A DNA stretch of 64,000 nt, taken from contig CM022670.1 in the NCBI GenBank assembly GCA_012295275.1, positions 15,252,001-15,316,000 of the forward strand, given 5' to 3'. Of this stretch, positions 1 to 13,700 are shown one piece after another. Every line of letters starts with the position of its first letter. The first letter of the stretch is position 1. The stretch is from Chrysomallon squamiferum (taxonomy: Eukaryota; Animalia; Mollusca). The translations under genes and the position numbers were made by a program. The notes beneath the pieces are model-generated. The model was not told the DNA's origin and did not search any database. It was given only the letters and a program-made list of their open reading frames with translations.

Positions 1-185
1 TAAAATTGTTTTTGAAAAAAAAAAAAAAAAAAAACCTAATGCAACTATTCGAGAGAGAGATTTCTTTTTTCTTAATTTATTATTTTAAAATATTTTAAAA
101 CTATTTGTCTAGATTATTTAAGTAAAAACATTCATAAAGACTGAGTAATTGTGTTGTTATTTATTAATTTATTTATTAAATGCTC

Positions 186-269
<84 letters not shown>

Positions 270-357
270 TAATAAAATAATAAAATAATAATAAGTAAAT
301 AAAAAAGAAAGAAAGAAAGGAAAATAAAATTCTGAGAAAAATGTTTTAAAATGTTAC

Positions 358-409
358 CATTATCATTGACAGTACGACCAAAAATCTTCAATATTCCAGC
401 AGAATGCAC
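358..409 (-). other. Candidate internal exon of an unidentified minus-strand gene that runs off the left edge
   Basis: On the minus strand: polypyrimidine acceptor ttttttttcag, then 52 nt, then donor g|gtaaca. Only frame 0 is open (VHSAGILKIFGRTVNDN). It is a complex island between microsatellites, but I do not recognise the protein. Confidence 0.4.
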
Positions 410-1434
410 CTGAAAAAAATAAAAAATAAAATAATAATAATAATAATAATAATAATAATTACGACGATGATGGCAGCAGAGGCAACAGCAGCAGCAGCAA
501 CATTAACAACAGCAAAGACAGCAACGACGACAACAGTAATAACAATATTAACTACAGTAACAACAAATAAATAATGATAACAACACCACTTTACAAAAGA
601 AGAAGAAAGAAATTCATTATTTTTTCAGGAGAACCGTAGACATAGGTTTCTTAACTCACAAATTCAGTGCACTAGCGAATGTTATCAGGCAAATGTTACA
701 TATGTAAACGCTGATGTTACAAACGTACCACCTGTTGCTCGTTTCTCATTAATTGTCAGATAAAGATAAAAAAAAAAAAAAAAAAAAGTCGTTCGATCGC
801 CTGCTTTAATCTAACAAATACAGTTTGCGCACATAATAACAAGGAATTATGTAAAAAATATGTTGTTCACGGAAATTTGTTGTAATTGATAGGCTTTACA
901 ACTAGACGCTCTTGGCATTTTAATATATGTTTATGTAAGTGTGTATATATATATATATATAGATGCTTATGTGTATTTCAGTGTATATATGTGAGTGCAT
1001 ATGTGCGTATGTGAATGTATATACATGTTAGTTATATACCGGTAATTAAATAAACTAAAATTGACCTGATTATTATCACATTAGTTTTGTTAATTATTTT
1101 TATCTGAGTCTATGTTATTTTATTTTATTTTATTTTATTGATTTTACTTTTTTTTTTTTTTTTTTCATTTATTTATTAAATACTCCTCCTCCTACTACTA
1201 CTACTATTCTGTTCTATTCTATATATATATATATATTCTATTTTTAAGCTAGTAATTAGTAAACACATGTGTTTTGTTCTGTTTCGTAAGATTATTAATC
1301 CCTTATGCGATGCGATTAATCCGGATATCGCTTGGATCGGTATGTGGGGATTGAGTGTACACAAGACTTTAAAATCCATAAATTAGTACAGGCATTATAT
1401 TAATCAAGGACCAACAAATCTACATGGTGTATCG

Positions 1435-1785
1435 TGTACACTGACATTTTGTATAATGAAATTTAATAATATGTACAATGATATTAATAATATGTATACT
1501 GATATTTGATAATATGTACACTGATATTAATAATATGTATACTGATATTTAATAATATGTACACTGATATTTTATAATATGCATACAGATTTTTAAAATA
1601 TCGGTATTGATTTTTAACAGCATGTATACTGATATTTAGTAATTCATATGCTGGTACTTAAAAAATATATATACTGATGTTTGATAATATGTATACTGAC
1701 ATTTAATAATAAATATACTGATATTTAATAATATGTATACTGATATTTAATAATTCCTGTACTAATATTTAATAATATATGTATG
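1435..1785. repeat. Degenerate ~21-22 bp minisatellite (consensus TGTATACTGATATTTAATAATA)
   Basis: Roughly 15 imperfect copies read directly, e.g. tgtatactgatatttgataata / tgtacactgatattaataata / tgtatactgatatttaataata. Confidence 0.85.
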
Positions 1786-2095
1786 GTTAGATGATGAGAT
1801 AATCATTAAGTAACCAAATAACAGCTCAAACTTAATTAACAGATATAAGCTAATAATCCTAATATTTAACGTTTCGTTGACAAGTTCAGTGCAAAAAACA
1901 CTGACAAAGTACAAACGTCCACAATCGAAACAAAAATAGCAGTAACTGATGTTTAATAACAATAATAAAAAACATCAATAATAACATTACTGGTGCTTTA
2001 AAACATCCTAACGAACAGTCGCATCATTTTGCAGTCTATGCATGTTCATTTCACTGCAAACATAACAATTAAAAGAAACAAAGAGCGTTACTTAC

Positions 2096-2510
2096 AGAGG
2101 AATAAAACAGGGTTTGTCTTTGTTTATCGAAAAACTCAGCGCAGAGAACGGCGAGAATAACTCGCAGTTTTTAGAAAAACCGATACTGCAATTCCGGCTC
2201 GCTAATACGAGCTTATTACATTGCATGAAGGAAGTGCCGAAAAAAGAGAATCGATATCAGTCTGGCGATTGGCAAAATGACGTCTCTCTGCGAAAAAGGA
2301 GTAGATTGTGCGCTTATCTAGACAGGCAGAGCGACGAATCTGAAGACAGATTTCGTTTAACAACAGTCGAGCTGACAGAGATAGCCCATCTCCACTCCAC
2401 AAAGCCATTAGCTGATTCATAGCTGCACGAACAGAATTACATAAATACCAGTGACCGCGTTGTACAGAATGGAATGTTTGCGTGTTAGACAACGGAAAGT
2501 TTTCGTACAC
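2096..2510 (-). other. Candidate first (5'UTR-like) exon of the minus-strand gene
   Basis: CpG-richer, non-repetitive island ending in a perfect minus-strand donor ct|gtaagt at 2095. No frame joins cleanly to exon 358-409, so coding status is unsupported. The upstream boundary is a guess. Confidence 0.3.
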
Positions 2511-2561
2511 GAAACAGAAAGATGTGTTTGTTCGTTTGTTAACGTATATATATGTATTTGT

Positions 2562-2665
2562 CTATGTATGTATGTATGTATGTATGTATGTGTGGATGTA
2601 TGTATGTATGTATGTGTGGATGAATGAATGTATGTATGTATGTATGTATGTATGAATGTATGTAT
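2562..2665. repeat. (TATG)n tetranucleotide microsatellite
   Basis: Read directly. Confidence 0.9.
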
Positions 2666-2775
2666 GTATATATACACACATACATAAATATATGTATGAA
2701 AAAGAACAGAAAAAGAAAGAAAGAATGCCAAAAAAGAAAAATTATGTACCTGACAAACGCAGAGAATACTACTAC

Positions 2776-2807
<32 letters not shown>

Positions 2808-3867
2808 ACAGTATTTGTCTCATTTTCAAGATAAAGAGGGAAAAGAGAGAGAAAAAGATAAAAGAGAGTTAAAGATAGAAACATTTCTTTCTCTGTGTAA
2901 TTGGAAGTGATAGCCTTTCAGGAGATGGTGTGATAAATAACAGAAAGGAACAAGCACAAAGTCAGTGTAAAGCCGGATGAAAGACTTGATGTAAATGGTG
3001 TATGTGAAGCCTGAAGCAGAAGGAATTTTTGTACTGCAGCCAGAATCTCTCTGCCAGCTGAGCAATAAACAAATGTGATCAGGGAAAGAGTTTAGTTACG
3101 GAGAGAAAAATAATATTCGTAGACGTCTTGGGAAACCGTTAAAAGTATAATAATTGTATGGAGAGAAACTATAAAGTTGAACAAACTGGCTGCATATTAA
3201 TTTCACTGCAGTAGATATGTTGGGGAATATTGATTTTATGACTTGATCTTTATAAGCAGCTTTATGAATAATTGTTATTGTTCAGGAGTAGTAAAGTAAT
3301 GACGGAACTTTAATTAATATAATTATTAATGATTTGTAATTTCGTAGATCTAATATTGTTAACCAATTCCGACTTAGGTTACTAAACTGCTTTATGTACT
3401 AGAAATAAATACACTGAATATTTTAAATAATTACCCAAAATTAATTAAGATATTATTACTATAACAATAATAAAAAATCTGTTAGAGGAAGTTTAACTTA
3501 AAATCTTTATAGCTGTAATTCTTTTCTTCTTCTCTTTCCTTTTTGCACGACTATATGCATTTCAGCAACAAACTTTCCTCAGAACGAACGTATATAACGA
3601 TCTGACAAAGATTTTAAAACAAAATATCCAGAAAATACATTATTATTTTGTAATCAATGCTGACAGTCTAACTTAATGCAGTTTTACAAAAAATTCGAAT
3701 CGACTGGTACTAATCGCCATTTTAATGGCATAGTCATTAGTTGTACAGTCGATTCACAGTTGTCTTTATCAGTCATTATAACAATAGTGATATTACACAC
3801 ACACACACACACATACATGATTATACATATACACACACAAAGATTTGGATTTTTTAAATATGTGTTT

Positions 3868-3870
<3 letters not shown>

Positions 3871-3935
<65 letters not shown>
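3871..3935. repeat. (AG)n microsatellite
   Basis: Read directly. Confidence 0.95.
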
Positions 3936-3940
<5 letters not shown>

Positions 3941-4835
3941 GTTTTGTTAAATAATCATGGACGAAGTATCACGAATCACAAATAAATTAAATTATGAAGC
4001 TGTCCCAAGCAAGTAATGTTAGGGTGACGTGTTTCTTTTCCAGTTTCCTGAGTTTTTCACTTTTTCGAAATGTCTTATAATACTTGACAAATATCTAGAG
4101 CTGCCGAACGTAAGCCAGTGGATCAGTGATTCTGTTGTATAAATATTTGCGAACACTGTCCCAGAATTCCTGCGCAACTTTACATCTTTGCAATAAATCC
4201 ACGCAACGTTAGGCACGCGATCTTAATTACGCCCTTTGACCTTAGTCTTGTGCAGCCTTTGAACTGTCTTCAGGAAAACATCTAGTTAATAACAGCATTC
4301 GGTAGTTGTAAACAAAAATACACCTCTTATTTTATGTATTTGCTACTGTGGGTGTTTAACTATTTATTTATTTATTTATTAGTTTGTGAGATTCATTCAG
4401 TTTACACTCGTTTTAGTATTAGTATTATTGTTGTTGTTGCTGTTGCTGTTGTTAGTAGTGGTAGTAGAAGCACTAGTGGTAGCAGCAGCAGCAAGTAGTA
4501 GTTGTACAGTTACTGTTATTATTAATGTTATTATGGTTACTATGTTTCTTAATAATAGAACTGTTAGTACTGTTGTTGTTGTTGATATTATTATTACTAT
4601 TATTATTATTAGTAGTAGTAGTAGTAGTAGTAGTAGTAATACTGTTGATCTTTGCAGGTTTTATTTGCATTTTTTTTTTATGTTGGTAAGTAATTCCATT
4701 CTAGTTCACTTGCTAACAAAATAAATCATCTAACTACACTATGGTTTATGATCAATAAAATAAATACATAAATATATAAATAAGAAGAACAACACAGAAA
4801 CACAAATCAAGTACTCATTTACATTTAACCTTTTT

Positions 4836-4879
<44 letters not shown>

Positions 4880-5047
4880 AAATAATAATAATAATAATAA
4901 ATACAATAAAGAAATAAATTAAAAGAATTAGAATTTATTTAAAAAAAAAATGTATTCTGTAAAATCATTTACTACAATAATCAAATGAGTTTTCAGTTTT
5001 GATTCTTTCCACAGAAAGCCACAAAGAGCAGCTCTCAGAAAATGTCC

Positions 5048-5061
5048 GTTGCCATGGTAAC
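5048..5061. promoter_or_regulatory. RFX X-box motif GTTGCCATGGTAAC
   Basis: 14-bp near-palindrome matching the X-box consensus GTTNCCATGGNAAC. Function not shown. Confidence 0.5.
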
Positions 5062-5426
5062 ATCTGTTTGCCAATATCAAGTGATTCAGGAATTATTGAG
5101 TGATGGTTTTTCTCTCTCTTGAACTTGTCGTTCATTTGAAGCATTGACTGTATTTAGGTCTTTGGTTAGACTACTTGCACTGTTTCTGTGATACTGAAAT
5201 GTTGGTCTAATAGTTAAACGACACAATAGATAGATGTGCTTTTTGGTTGTGTTTTTCTCTCATCCAACAAGATACTATTTAATGTACACAGATTCTGCCA
5301 ACTTCGTAATGTACAAAACGCACATACAGAATGCCATAAACATATGAATGTTTTTACGAAGGATATATTTTGAACATACGCATGCAATAACTATTATTTA
5401 AAAATAATATTTAGGATTATATAAAC

Positions 5427-5471
<45 letters not shown>

Positions 5472-5678
5472 GTAGAAGTATTATTTTTATTATTATTATT
5501 CGTAGAAGTAGTATTAGTTGTAGTAGTAGTAGTAGTAGTAGTAGTCGTTTTAGTAGTACTGTTGTTGTTGCTGTTGATGATGCAACTGCTCCTATTATTA
5601 TTATTATTGTTTTACTTTTTTCTCTTTTTTTTCATTTTTTTTTTTTTCAAGACAACTAAACCTTCTTTTTTTTCTTTC

Positions 5679-5709
<31 letters not shown>

Positions 5710-6213
5710 CACTGTAGACTATAACTGTGACTGTATTTAGTGACCTTCAGTTACCAGTGCAATGGGCCTCTGGACAGCACGCCATCACATACCACACTGA
5801 TGTGACTTCAGTGTTGAACAACGTCACCTGACAGCGGACTTCATAACTGACCATGTTGCGACAACGTCTTGAAAGCGATGTCGTGTAAGCAGGACATTTT
5901 GAAACATTATATCTCTGAATCATCACTGGTATTTATATGTGTACAGAGCATCTGCATTAGTGTCAGTGATTATAGGATTTTACAACCGAGGGTAGGCTTT
6001 TAATCATATTGTGTCATTTTATGAATCATATCTGAAATAATTATTTTTTAAAAAGGCAATTACTTGTTTTAACCAAAAAAAAAAAGAAAGTAAGAAGATC
6101 ATTAGTTTTAACCAGTTATATTAAATAGCGTGTGAGAACCGATATTTTAAAATAAAATTTTAATATAATTATAAAAAAAAACTTGGCAAAACAAATTCGT
6201 TTGTTTATTGTGG

Positions 6214-6290
<77 letters not shown>

Positions 6291-6426
6291 GATTATGATT
6301 ATTATTATTATTATTATTGTTATTACTATTATTATTTACAAAGATAATGTTTTACATATTTGTTTGATTTTTGTTTTGTGTTGTTGTTTCTTTTTTTTTT
6401 TTTTTTTTTTTTGTTGTGTGTGTTTG

Positions 6427-6470
<44 letters not shown>

Positions 6471-6873
6471 CATTATTATTATTATTATTCATTTGTTGTT
6501 GTTGCTCTTGTTGTTGTTTTTCTCTTTTTGCGAGATGACTGCAATAATTATTTTCTTTTTGTTCAAAATTAAGCTTCAATCCAATAGTGTTAACTTGAAT
6601 AAATAATATTATTTTACAAGTGTTCTCGTATTTCAGTCATATAATCACATATGTAAGTAAGCTGACATCTGCTGAACAAACAGTGAATGGGCGTTTCTTT
6701 AAACAAATATCCTTAGCTTCGTCTTATAGAAGAACAATGACATTTGGTTTTTTTTACTATACTTAGTGAGCTGTGATGGTGTACTGTATCCAGTTATATT
6801 TATTTATTATCAGAAAAGCATTAAAATTAATATTTTTTCATAAATGTAATTAAAAATAGCACTAACCATGGAA

Positions 6874-6912
<39 letters not shown>

Positions 6913-7374
6913 CATTTTGTATTTTTGTCTTTATTCGAGATTGTTTAAAGACCATCATTGTTATAATTATATGATTGTTTTTTGTTTTAAAGCTGATTAA
7001 CTTGTACTGGGTTGTTTTTGAGATGCACGCTTACCGTGTGTATCTATGTGTAAGAGCTCGCGCGTGTGTACGTGTTACGTATGTACACATATATGTACCG
7101 ACTTTATTCTTCGAGTTATTAAAAGAGGAAAGGGAAAGATAGAAATATCGTGCTAATTTGTTGTTGTTTTTGTCAAGAGAGAAGTTCCGCTACATTTTCA
7201 GATGAACGCGCCGCCGTATCCTGGGCGTGTACTCGCAGTGTAAGTCTTATTGTGTGTGTTTTATTATACACTATACTATAATTTATTCACAGACATGTAT
7301 TCCAAATATCTTCTGTACACCACTGAACAATTCTGTAACATGCCTGTACCCAAGGTTTTTTTTTTATAACGTTT

Positions 7375-7414
<40 letters not shown>

Positions 7415-9506
7415 CTTATGGGGAAAAAAGAAAAGAAAGAAACTTCTAAATCCTGCTTTTCTCACACTAACATGGAGCTGAGGTGTGCTGTGTTATTCTC
7501 GTTGGCTTAATTACAAAAAGAAAATTCCATTATCACTGGTCATCAGCCACTATACAAATGTCTGCTTGACCAGAAATTATATTTCATATTTTCTATAATA
7601 TTATAATGATGCCTACGGCCTCCTGGTGATAAATATCCCATCTGCCTCTAAATGGATGACAATGGACAAAAATGTTCATTATTCAGCACTTTCTTTTCTA
7701 CCTAAACCACACAAAAATGATAAGACCTGTAGTTTGAAAGAGAGATAAAATGGAATAACTATATTAAAACGATAAACGCAATCGCCCCCATCACCTCCTA
7801 AATATCAAATAATTTTCAAATTAATTTTACAGACGTGTGTTAAATTTGTTTTTGAATTATAAATTACTGTTTTGCTCCGCGTCAAAAAGAACACGATAGC
7901 CTGGGACTTCGCTCTGTCGAGTCTGTGGTTAGCAAAACGACGTCTGAGAGAAATGTTAGGCAACATTACGCTTGTAATAAATCCATCAAATTACTCTACA
8001 CCATCTCTTACACAATGAGCGGGCAATGACTTAGTAAAGAGACACGGCTAAACACCGCGAATAACCACAAGCAGCCATTTAATGACCATTCTGAAGCTCC
8101 TGTACGCAATCGGAGAAAAGAAAGTGATGAGTAAGCGGCCATGATGACTGTAAATGTTTCCTCGGGCAACAAAGTGTTACATTATCAGTTGTAAGAAAAC
8201 GTAAGCAGGTTTTAATATTGTGATTTACTAATAATTTTTTTTTTATACCACACACACAAAAGCAAGCAATATTTCTAGCGATCAATGGATTTCCAACTTG
8301 CCGTGTGCAATAAATGATTGTTTCCATTACCGTATGCAAAATATAAGTTTTTTTTTTTTTTACATATATCTTTTTTCTTCTTCTTCTTGGCGAATGCAGT
8401 GCCAAATTTATGTACATATATTTATAGAAGCACACATACGTTAATCTGTATATGCGCATGCGTGTGTAGATTCGTATGTATATTATATTTATGCATGCGC
8501 GTGTTTGTATATGAAGGAATGACATTATATATATATCCTTACTTCATTATATATAGCCAAATGCAGTTAGCTGTGTACATGTGTCTGCGTATATTTATAT
8601 TTGTGTGTGTGTGTTTGTGTATGTGTATTGGTGTCTGTATGTATGTGTGTGTGTATGTGTGTGTGTGTGTGAGTGTCTGTATATGTGTTTGTGAGTGTAT
8701 GTGAAGATTTGTGCTTGTGTGTCTGTGAGTCATTTATTTCGTTCTTTGTTAGATACAAAATAAAGTTGTCATTGTGACATCCTCTCGGGAAAATAATTGA
8801 AACTGCTGCAACAGCTGCTATTTGTGAACGCCGAATTAGCACATATTAACGAAGAGGCGAGCTCAGATGAATACATCTGGTACTCATTTGTTGATTATTT
8901 ATTGATCAATCTTAGTAGAAATGCAGCTGAAATTGCACGGTTTTTGACACGTTTCCTTAACCTCTCTGTTTATTTAATAACTTTGTTTTAGGTGTATCTG
9001 TGAGTGCGTTTTTGTGGATATGTACTTATATCAGTGACGCAAATTTGTTTGGCACACAGTTTTGGGCTCAGGAGCCTCACGTCTGTTTAATAAAAAAAAA
9101 ATTAGAAATCTTTAATTCAATTATTTTGTTTGCTTTTTATAGTTATTTTTTTTACTGGAAAACAGAAGCTTATATAAAATACAATTTGTGATATATCAAG
9201 ATTATTATTAATATTATTATTATTATTATTATTATTGTTGTTGTTGTTGTTGTTGTTGCTGTTTTGTTGTTGTTGTTGTTGTTGTTAGTGTATTAAATTG
9301 GTGTCTTCACACAATATTTTAGCTACGTTTTTTACCAGGTATTGGTTTGTGTTCTGTTTGATAAATCGAAACAAAATTAGTATTTACTGAAAAAACGAAA
9401 AATGTATTTTATTTTTCATATTTTATGTATCACTGTTTTGTGGCGGTCTGTTGGGTTTCTGTTTTGGTGTCACATTTGAGGTGTTATACAAAACAAAAAA
9501 AAAAAA

Positions 9507-9539
<33 letters not shown>

Positions 9540-10940
9540 GAGTGACAGACGATCAGTTTTGAGATAAAAAAAGACGTCATCATTACTGTGAAAAATACTT
9601 CTATAAAGAAAGGAATCCAAAACTTACAAGAATCGTTCAGGTTCGGCGGATTAATACAGCAATTTATCAAATAAAAGATTTTGATCTACTATGAAATAAT
9701 AACTAAATCTCATCCATGTGACTGTACGAATGCGAATGCATAAGTTCACTGATGTTAAACGTTTGCGTACGTGTATATGCGTGTGATAACCTGTTTTACT
9801 CATGTCGAAACACTGTATTTGACTGACTTTTTATTCAGCCACTGAGGAATAATTGTCTTTCATCGGCAGTAGTGAAGCAATCTACACTGCATTTTAAACG
9901 CACAAATACAATTATATTTCAAATAAAAAATTTAAAAAACGAAAATTGATATCGCTAAGCTTTTTTTTTTCTTTCTCAGTGAATTTATGTAGATGTTAAA
10001 AAATAAAAATTATCTGTTAAAACAAATTAATATAAATACATAAAATAACATTGCTGCTCGATGAAGACGACAAACGCTTTTTCTTCTACTTAACATCGAA
10101 TTGCCCATTTATGGTACCATTCAAACGTTAAAAAGAAAATAGGCTACAGAATCGTATAATTACTTCATTTCGCTTAGCCATTACCCTGGCTATTAAATAA
10201 TTTAAATGCACGCTTAGTCAATTATATACGCCTGCACTTTAAAAATACCGACACATCGACTGAGCGAGCGAGGTAACATGTTGCATTCCACCGTGCTTTA
10301 AAAACAAAAACTCATTCAACAAATAACCCACTGCCCTGGTTAAATACTAATCCTATAAGTAACCACAATGGACGGTTAAGTTTTTATGATTAATCTTTAT
10401 CCTGTTATGCACGAACCGAAGACTGCAGCATATACCAGCATAACAGTGTCGCCAACAGAGCCATGGCGTTTCGTTAATTCATCTTTGACTAGCTCGACAG
10501 CCGTTAGCGCCAACAATTATTACCAGTGACATTAACTGCTTATGTTTCCATAACATTAATATAATTATCTGCGCTACTGTTGTATTCAACTTTTTAAAGT
10601 TTAGATAGGTCAATAACGGTAATGTTGTCTGATTACGGCGAATAATTCAGGAAACAAAATTGAGTTTGTATATGTAATCGTCTATATTTCTGCTGTTACA
10701 TTTTATAATAATTTTTTTAATAATAATAATAATAATAGTTTGATGTTATAATAAAAAATGCAATTTACATTCTCCTGACACATACGAGCGAGAAAGAGAG
10801 AGAGTAAGACTGAAAAATGGAATCTCATAATATCGTTTTGTTTTGAATTTATGTTAGAATCTAATAATCTTACGATGTTAGAGATAACTGCATGTATGTA
10901 TATATGTATGTAGGTAGGCAGGCAGGTAGGTAGGTATGTG

Positions 10941-10976
<36 letters not shown>

Positions 10977-11089
10977 TGTGTTTATGTTTGTGTGTTTCCT
11001 ATGTTATGTTTTATGTAGTTATATATAGAAGCAGATTGTTGGTAGTTAAGATATCTAAATAAGGGCATAACAAAATGCCATATAATAAA

Positions 11090-11120
<31 letters not shown>

Positions 11121-11400
11121 AACATACACACACACATACATACATACATACCTGCATACAGTCATTCATACCTACCTACCTAGATATATATATTTATGCA
11201 TCTATACAAAAGTACAAAGTTTTATTATGTACTTGCTAAATCGCGTATCGAGATTGTATTGTATACGATGTAAAACAGATATTTAAAGCGTATTTTTAAT
11301 TCAAATATAGGTGACGTGGACTCACTGACCCTAGCAGTAATTAACACAACCTATTAACACATGGCTAATCAGAGTAACAGTTATCTCTCGATGAAAAGGT

Positions 11401-11460
11401 CAGACTTAATAAAGTAATAAATCGCAGCGCTGTCAACATTAGTTCAAATACAGGTCAAAA
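11401..11460 (+). repeat. 60-bp direct repeat, copy 1 (contains DR5 AGTTCA-aatac-AGGTCA at 11441-11457)
   Basis: Identical to 12979-13038 by eye alignment. Confidence 0.9.
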
Positions 11461-11920
11461 TTTACAACACACAATAATGATATACTTATAATGATATAAC
11501 GAAACGCAAAAAGTACATAAATATTTTAAAAAGCTTTTCATATATAAATATATCAAAATATATTAAACCTCGTTGGATCTGCTTACATTGTAATTTATCT
11601 GTCAAATAAAAATGATGATGTAGAAATTTTTGTTTTGTGTCCTAATATTACCGCGTATCGAAAGTAATATCCTTTTCTTTCTCTCCCGTTTCATTTGTAG
11701 GGGGATTATGTTTTATTCCTGACTTAACTTATTTTCATATTTTAATCTATTTTCTGCATGCATACATATGTATCTCTGTATGAACATAACGATGTATGCA
11801 TGCAAGTTTTATTTATACATATGTGTGGAGGTATTTGTGTGCTTATAGATTTCAAAGCGCTTTTTTAACTATCACTGTTTTATTCTTTCCTTTTATAATT
11901 GTTTTCCACAATTATAAATA

Positions 11921-11921
<1 letters not shown>

Positions 11922-11999
<78 letters not shown>
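11922..11999. repeat. (CT)n microsatellite
   Basis: Read directly. Confidence 0.95.
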
Positions 12000-12000
<1 letters not shown>

Positions 12001-12978
12001 ATATGTTAGTTACTAGTCGTCTTCTTTCATTACCCCAAGTAAAATACGTTTATCTGTTGTCCGTGGTGTGGAATGTTTCAGACATTCATTTGTACAATTT
12101 TTAACGTAGCAACCTCTAGCAGTAAAATAATCTTAGACTGTCTACATGATTTTCATTACGCATAAAAGATCCACTTTAATATCAGACTGAGGAAACAGTT
12201 ACAACTAGCGAATTTAACCCAGTCTATTTTAGCAACTTAATAATTATTTATTGCTGCAATTTCTAAATTGCTTGTAAGATCTCGAAACGTAAATAGAATT
12301 CAGAATTGTCTTTCTTTATAATAAATATAAGTAACTCGAATCTGAACAAAATATCAAATTCAGATGTCAGGCATTTTCTTAATTAAAACAGGTAGATCTA
12401 ATCAGTGTGGTTCTGTTACGTAGGGTCTTAGCTTTAATCAAATTTTGTTGCCATGTAAACGACATAGCTGAAATTCCAGTTAGTTCATCCGGGGAAATAT
12501 GAATCGCTGTTCTCTTGATGTAGATAATATGGTATATAATTAATAAAATACGTATCTAGGAAATTCTTTTAAACAGACTACCATTATCAGAATAAATCTT
12601 CAGTAAAATTAACAAAGCCTCGACATATTTTTGTTATAAGAAAACTTCGGTATGTTTTATGTTAAAAGTTATATCTTGTTACACTTTTGTCATGAAGATA
12701 CGAGAACGGAAACAAAATCATCACCTATTCTTTACAATTAGCAACAGTTTATATAATATATATACAAACACGTACACACATATACAGACACAAACACACA
12801 CGCAACAATCCGCATAAATCAGCCTTTTATAAACCAGTGTAATTTTGCTGGAACGCGAAATTGCCCAGCTGACACTTTGAGAAATACTTATCTTGTGATT
12901 CACATTAACCTGTGAAGTATATTCTATTCGTATGATTATTTGTAAGATAAATAAATTTATCTAAAATATAAATACGTA

Positions 12979-13038
12979 CAGACTTAATAAAGTAATAAAT
13001 CGCAGCGCTGTCAACATTAGTTCAAATACAGGTCAAAA
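12979..13038 (+). repeat. 60-bp direct repeat, copy 2 (DR5 at 13019-13035)
   Basis: Identical to 11401-11460. Confidence 0.9.
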
Positions 13039-13132
13039 GAGATAAAAAGAAAGTAAAAAGTCTGATTTTTTTCATTTTAAATTCTGTGATTTGAAAAACA
13101 GATGAAGATATATTTATGTACACACATACGTC

Positions 13133-13202
<70 letters not shown>

Positions 13203-13576
13203 CAAAGAACGAAAGAAAGATGATAAGCAACACCAGTGTAATAAATTTTAAAATCAATACTGTAGACAATATTAAGACTATATATTTGAGTCTCTATATG
13301 TCTACACACTCTGTACAGCCCAGTAAATTGAGACTAAGATGAATGATGAATAACAAAGATATCGAGTTCGTACCACGCCACTTCTGCTCGAATTTCATTG
13401 GGGAGAGATACGTGGCTCCACTTTCTTCTCTCTAGTTCACTAACCTACCGACCTGATAGTCTTACTTAGCGGGTACGTAACCACCCTCAAAAAAAGATGA
13501 AGCCAAAATAGCTACATTGTCCTTAAAGCTTATCAGTAACGTAGGCACATATGACACGATTTACACTGACAGAAAC

Positions 13577-13700
<124 letters not shown>

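Noticed and set aside
1435-1785. Regularly spaced repeats (also 31500-31750 and 38975-39300) as a CRISPR array
   Set aside because: Contiguous degenerate units without unique spacers, eukaryotic context, no cas genes.
2114-2510. Overlapping 102-aa ORFs on both strands
   Set aside because: No recognisable domain and no splice-consistent continuation; treated as a possible UTR instead.
5740-5900. GC-richer island that looks exon-like
   Set aside because: All three plus frames hit stops after the candidate acceptor, and there is no recognisable protein.
6208-6606. Poly-I/Y/N/F ORFs, and similar poly-ER, SL, VC, HT ORFs throughout the window
   Set aside because: Translations of (ATT)n, (AG)n, (GT)n, (CATA)n and poly-T microsatellites.
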